Shown here one piece after another: positions 59,181 through 64,000 of a DNA stretch of 64,000 bases; position 1 is the first letter of the stretch; each line of letters opens with the position of its first letter. A program made the position numbers and the translations under genes. The stretch is from Lepidodermella squamata (lineage: Eukaryota > Animalia > Gastrotricha). The notes beneath the pieces are model-generated. The model made no database searches and was not told where the DNA came from. It saw only the letters and a program-made list of their open reading frames with translations. The stretch is taken from positions 930,001 to 994,000 of the forward strand of contig JBLDXI010000074.1 of assembly GCA_047495785.1 (NCBI GenBank), given 5' to 3'.

Positions 59181-59914
59181 ATGCAGTGGATGCGAGTATT
59201 TCTGGCGCTATGCGTCTCGGCAACTGCCCCGATTATTGCGAGAGATATTTCAGAGCGAACATTCGAACCGGAAGATGATGTTAGTGCCCTGACTGATGTC
59301 GAGGAGGACGGCAGTTCAACTAGATGGTTCTTCCTCATTCCTTTAATTATCGGTATGAACACATTTATTCCTCATCCTGCCAGCATTTGGCTTATCCGAT
59401 GTTTCAGTTCAATTAGATGAATTGTTAAGTTTTTCAACAACTGTTCCGTAACTTTTAATTTGCTAAGAAAAATACTTCGAGAATGATTTCCGGCTCAAAA
59501 TGCTGAACGAGATTTCATGTTTTCACTCTAGGACCGTTATTCAAATTGTTAACGCCCGGGCCCGAAATCCCGGAAAAAGACTACAGCGACTACGTCGGCG
59601 GTCCCATCTGTGAAAAAAATGCATTGTATGGGAAGCTCAAACAGCACGCCCAAGTCAATCCGGCAAAAAATGTTCAAGCTGATGCAGGAATAGAGGAGAC
59701 TTACGATGAAGTCACAGCTGATCACGACCGCGACCGACGGGCAACCGCGCCACCAAATGGGATAAGGCACGAATGCCGACGCCATAGTGATTGCCTGAGG
59801 CCGTACCGCGTTTGCTGCTTGCGTAGAAACGGAGCTGGCTACGAATGTCGAGCCCCGCGTCTTGCTGTGACGCATACACGCTACGGCACTTTTGTAAACC
59901 TCGCAAAACAGTAG
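59181..59914 (+). CDS. Secreted Cys-rich prepro-protein, family B copy 3; exons 59181-59352, 59532-59914
   Basis: Signal, acidic pro ending STR, WFFLIPLIIG|PLFKLL, GGPIC, acidic spacer, RR, 5-Cys domain; same intron as copy 2. Confidence 0.87.
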
Positions 59915-60379
59915 TAAATCTTGATTTACGTTAGCTTTCAATAATAAACACCCCGAAACCTGTAATTTAATGTAGTTCAATAAACGCAATCGCTCATGCG
60001 TACCTGAGAATTCGTTTCTTTGTCTTGATTGAGGGAAAGTAGAAAGTAAAATGTTGAAACGATCATTGGCGGTGAGTGGCACGTTTAGCCCAGGCATTAG
60101 CCGTGCTTGGCCGAGGCCTTTCGGTCGTGTGCAGAATGTCATCTTCTCGCCAGCCTTGTACTTGGGAGCGCTGTGGGCATCACGCGCGACGGAGACCGAG
60201 GCGCGGCAGCGGTGCGCCTTGTTTTGCTTCGCATTTCAGATTCAAAAGCACCTAATAATTGAGATAAGGGAATTGTTAAACTAGAGATTAACTGCAAACC
60301 TCTGACAAAAACATCTAATACTTCAGCATAAAATAAGGATATTTGAGCAGTCCAATTTCAAGTTCTTTCATTTCCAAGC

Positions 60380-60620
60380 TTAATACCAATAACCACAACG
60401 ACGGCCATAGAAGTCGCCGGACGAGAAAGAGCCGCTGCACAGTAAACACAGCGACCACGACCGTAGAACCCGCGACGACCGAAGCGAACACCGTGACGGC
60501 CATAGATACCGCGTCCATGGCGCCGCCGTAGAAGGAACCAGACGAGCTGGATCCGCGGCGGCCGAAGAAGTGGCCACGGCGACCACGGTATAGTCGCCCG
60601 CATTCGCCGAGGCGTAGTCC
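60380..60620 (-). pseudogene. Gly/Arg/Tyr-rich (FYGRR-repeat) peptide exon broken by two frameshifts
   Basis: Stitching three frames gives GRLYRGRRGHFFGRRGSSSSGSFYGG/RHGRGIYGRHGVRFGRRGFYGRGRCVYC/SGSFSSGDFYGRRCGYWY*. Confidence 0.6.
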
Positions 60621-62595
60621 AGAAAATGACATTAATTGCATAGTTCGCAAATTTTCGAGACCCGTTTCCACCAAATTCTTTTGCAGAATTTTCAGTTATT
60701 TCCAAGTTGAACAAATGAATTACGACTTACCGGTCTCGCAAACTTTAGAACTTTGGCAGGTAATTCATTGCTTTTATTCTGATGAATCATTTGATACAAA
60801 ATTTCATTAGTAATTCATAAAATGCAATATAATGCAAAAATTAAATTCATTTAAAATTTGCAAAATTGTCTGAAATTTGTATGGAAGGATGTGTCTTATT
60901 GAAAGCCAATATATAGGCTAATTTTAGCTTTCGTAACGCACACTCTTTTGTCTTGTGTCCACGTCGATATCAAATTGAATCAGCAAATGGCAAATATAAC
61001 GGAAAAATTTATTTTTATCTTTTATTTAATTTTTAATTACAATAGTTGCTCTAAACTATATCATTTTCGCGCCAACTTGCTCATCGGCGATGATTTACGT
61101 CATCAGGTTATCATTTGCTTGCCACCAGCAGCTTCAACATGTAAATGGCTGACGTAATGGCTATTGCAACATTGATTTTTCGGCGTCTACACACGCCATT
61201 CTCGTTATTGAGCTGGTGTAGCGATACTACAACACAGCGATTTGTTATGGTTCCCGCGTGACACGTGGCTGCCTCGCCGCCACTCTGCGAAAAAAACCGC
61301 TCAACTTCATCAATAATTTACGCATCACTGCATTTCGATGCGATCTCCACGGCAAATAAGGCCTACCTACTTCGTCGGCGGATAATAATTGCTTCTCACC
61401 AGCTGTTAAAAACATTTTCCAAGTTGTAGGGACATAGCAGAATGCTTTTTATTTACTCCCGGAGAGGTTTCGCCATCGATTTCACATTCGTTGAAACTTC
61501 ATCTCAGTCACGTGATTGATATTTTCAGCCATATTTTGAAATTTTATGCATCGCTGAGGAAAGCCATTATAGATTATAGATCAGATTATACGGCAGTTCA
61601 AACTTTCCACTTAAAGTGACACTGGGCGATACTCAAAAGTTCATTCCTTCCGGATGAACGTCCGAAGCCTAATGTTGACGCTCACAATTTAACAAATTTA
61701 GAAGGTTAAAAAGATAGGTATCTACCTGAAACCTGCCCTTAGAAATCCAAAGCATTTCCCGATCTGCTGATAATTTTCTCGCTTATGAGCTGGGCGGCCT
61801 CCTCCAATTAGTCGCACAGGTTTGAAAGGGTCACGTGACCAACTTCTTGAATTTTTCTCTCCGACTTAATTTTGTAATGCAGGTAATTAGGAAAATGTTT
61901 AATCTTGAAAGGACATATTCTCTCATCGAACCTGGGTAAATCAATAATTAATCAGTGCGGTAAAAATAATTCTCTTAGTTGTTTATAAACATTTCTAATC
62001 ATGCAAGTTTTTTCATCGATCACCTCAAAATAGGCGTAATTCATAACAAATGGTGATTTTTTGTGCAAAAGAACGCGAGTATTATAGTGCGTGATGGCTT
62101 TTTTCTACAGAATTTACCACACCGAGAAAAATAATGACCAGGTGCCAACGAAAACATTTTTTATTCAGCGATCATCGATTACTAGTAACAACTTCGCCGT
62201 TATTATTATTATTATTGTATTGCTATCATTTTATATACTTGAGTAAATAAAACGTGCAGTATATATGTATGCTACAACAACATTGTGCGCGATCGAGCGC
62301 ATCGAGTGTGATGACGCACCCAGCCACGCGCGTCGATTATTTTTTTCTGGTCTGGTCTCGCTTGTGAGCGCGATTTTTTCTCGATATTATCATCACATTC
62401 GCGCGCATGTGTATACATTTTTCCGCACTACGGGTAATGTAATTAAAATATTCATAGAAATTATATACGCTTGTCATAGTCGGTGCAAAACACAATCTGA
62501 CCGAAAAATCGTCACGCTCTGATAGATTTGTTAATTTTTACCAGAATTTGTTTGAAGAAGCAAGATTAACCTTGCGAAATAATACCAACAGTGTA

Positions 62596-63321
62596 ATGAT
62601 AAGGTGAGGTACAATTTTATACTAAAATAGCTGAAAATCCTATCAATTTATTTTGTAGTGCCAGTTATTATCTGGTATCGAAAAAACACGGTCAAGCCAA
62701 ATCATTGGTGTGGATACCCTGTCAAAATGGCGACATTCCAGCTGGTGCCGTTGAAGTTGGCCGGTATGAAAAAAGCAGAAACTTCTAAATTAAAAAATAT
62801 TTATTATTGTCATCAAAAATTCGTGGAATTACCCTGATAAAATTAAAGAAATTAAAATGGATCTGAGTACCCTAAAAGTAGGGTTCAAGGCTTGAATTTG
62901 AGGCTCCAGCCCCAATTTTCCATTTCCCAACCAAAATATAGTTTGTCGTGTTTGTAATATCCTCTTTGGAATCTTAATTTGTCATTATCACGCCAATTTT
63001 TTTCCATCAAGATGAGATTCTTCGCGATTAATTATTATACATTATTATAAATTTTTGGACTATATTTATTCTTTTTTGTTTATTTTTAGATTTGGTGGCC
63101 GAGGTGGAGAATTTATGTATATAGGCCGTGTTGCGTTACCGACGAATGACGTGATACCGGGCACGGTGATACCAAGCCTGAACGCGTGTTTCGCGGCCTG
63201 GGAAGGCAAAGAATACGTCGCCAAATCTTACGAGGTGCTTGTCAATTCGCAGCCAGAAGTGACCCATTTACACTGGGTAATACCGAGCTATGAAGGCCAC
63301 ATTCCAAGCGATGCAGTGAAG
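62596..63321 (+). CDS. DM9-repeat protein paralog, 3' end not located in window; exons 62596-62603, 62659-62763, 63090-63321
   Basis: WIPCQNGDIPAGAVEVGR|FGGRGGEFMYIGR...PGTVIPSLNACFAAWEGKE...YEVL...HIPSDAVK followed by a GT donor. Confidence 0.85.
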
Positions 63322-64000
63322 GTTAGCAATTGCTGTATATACCATATACCAATCGCGAATTTTCATTTCAGAAATTAATTAGATTAGGTATTTAGCCTAG
63401 TTAATTTCTTGTGGATATTTTGGGACATAGAACAAAGTTACCTTTGAGCGTGTCATTTTATTTGGGAACAATTAGCGTGATGCCCATGTTATTCTTATAA
63501 ATTGATTAGGCTTTTTCGAGCATATTTATGCAGATTTTCACAGGTCAACGTCGATTGCACAAACACCGAGCGTCGATTAGCGTTACCTACGACGATTTCC
63601 TTCTTAAAATAACATTATCCCCATTATTTTATAATAATTTTGCCCGTAAAAAAAGATTTTTATAGTTGTGCCTAAATCGATGGCACTGCGCAATGGGTTA
63701 AGAGTTGATTTTTCGGGAATTTCTGAATATAAAACGGAGCCTCAAAAGCGCCGATTGTTCGCAAATCGAATTTCCCAATTTTCAGAAATAACGAAAAAAT
63801 CAAATTCATTCTGAACTTCGTTGATGGCTAATACCATCGGTTGTTTGACCGTGAGATTTTCAGATAACCAAAGAAGCCATTTCGAGACCACCACGGTAGT
63901 TTATTATAAAATTCTTAATAAAGCCGACGTTTAGGTGCACCTGTCTAATTAGCTGGTTGAAAAGCTAACTGTATCATCTATTTTATTTGCATATACGGAG

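Noticed and set aside
59549-60284. 197-aa minus ORF and nearby GC-rich stretch
   Set aside because: Mostly antisense to family B copy 3; the 60004-60250 part has stops in all frames after its acceptor and no recognisable product.

Overview
Eukaryotic invertebrate genomic DNA: AT-rich GT-AG introns, AATAAA signals, many MITEs. No rRNA, intact tRNA or CRISPR was found. Genes, in order: a PLAC8/cornifelin gene; two tandem GLY-9/PGANT4-like polypeptide GalNAc-transferases whose introns hold transposon debris and a nested antisense Mug135_C-like pseudogene; an intronless apolipoprotein-L-like ORF with its two conserved halves in swapped order; two DM9-repeat genes; two intron-containing glycosyltransferases of a mostly bacterial/viral family. 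There is also a dispersed set of orphan secreted precursors: three cationic Lys/His/Gly peptides, three Cys-rich prepro-proteins, a 260-aa helix+Cys protein and a Gly/Arg/Tyr-rich pseudogene. Two full-length Jockey/I-group LINEs lie head-to-tail at 44.5-56.9 kb. Most notable: (1) a secreted family that looks like a two-chain split knottin, with a pardaxin-like helix in two of three copies, inside an apparent defence/secretion cluster; (2) the permuted ApoL; (3) a 531-bp element with tRNA-Ala-like TIRs (TGT...ACA) enclosing a Gypsy RNase H fragment; (4) the TAA-joined, hairpin-capped LINE tandem; (5) discordant intron positions between close paralogs. All family assignments are from motif recognition by eye, not database searches.
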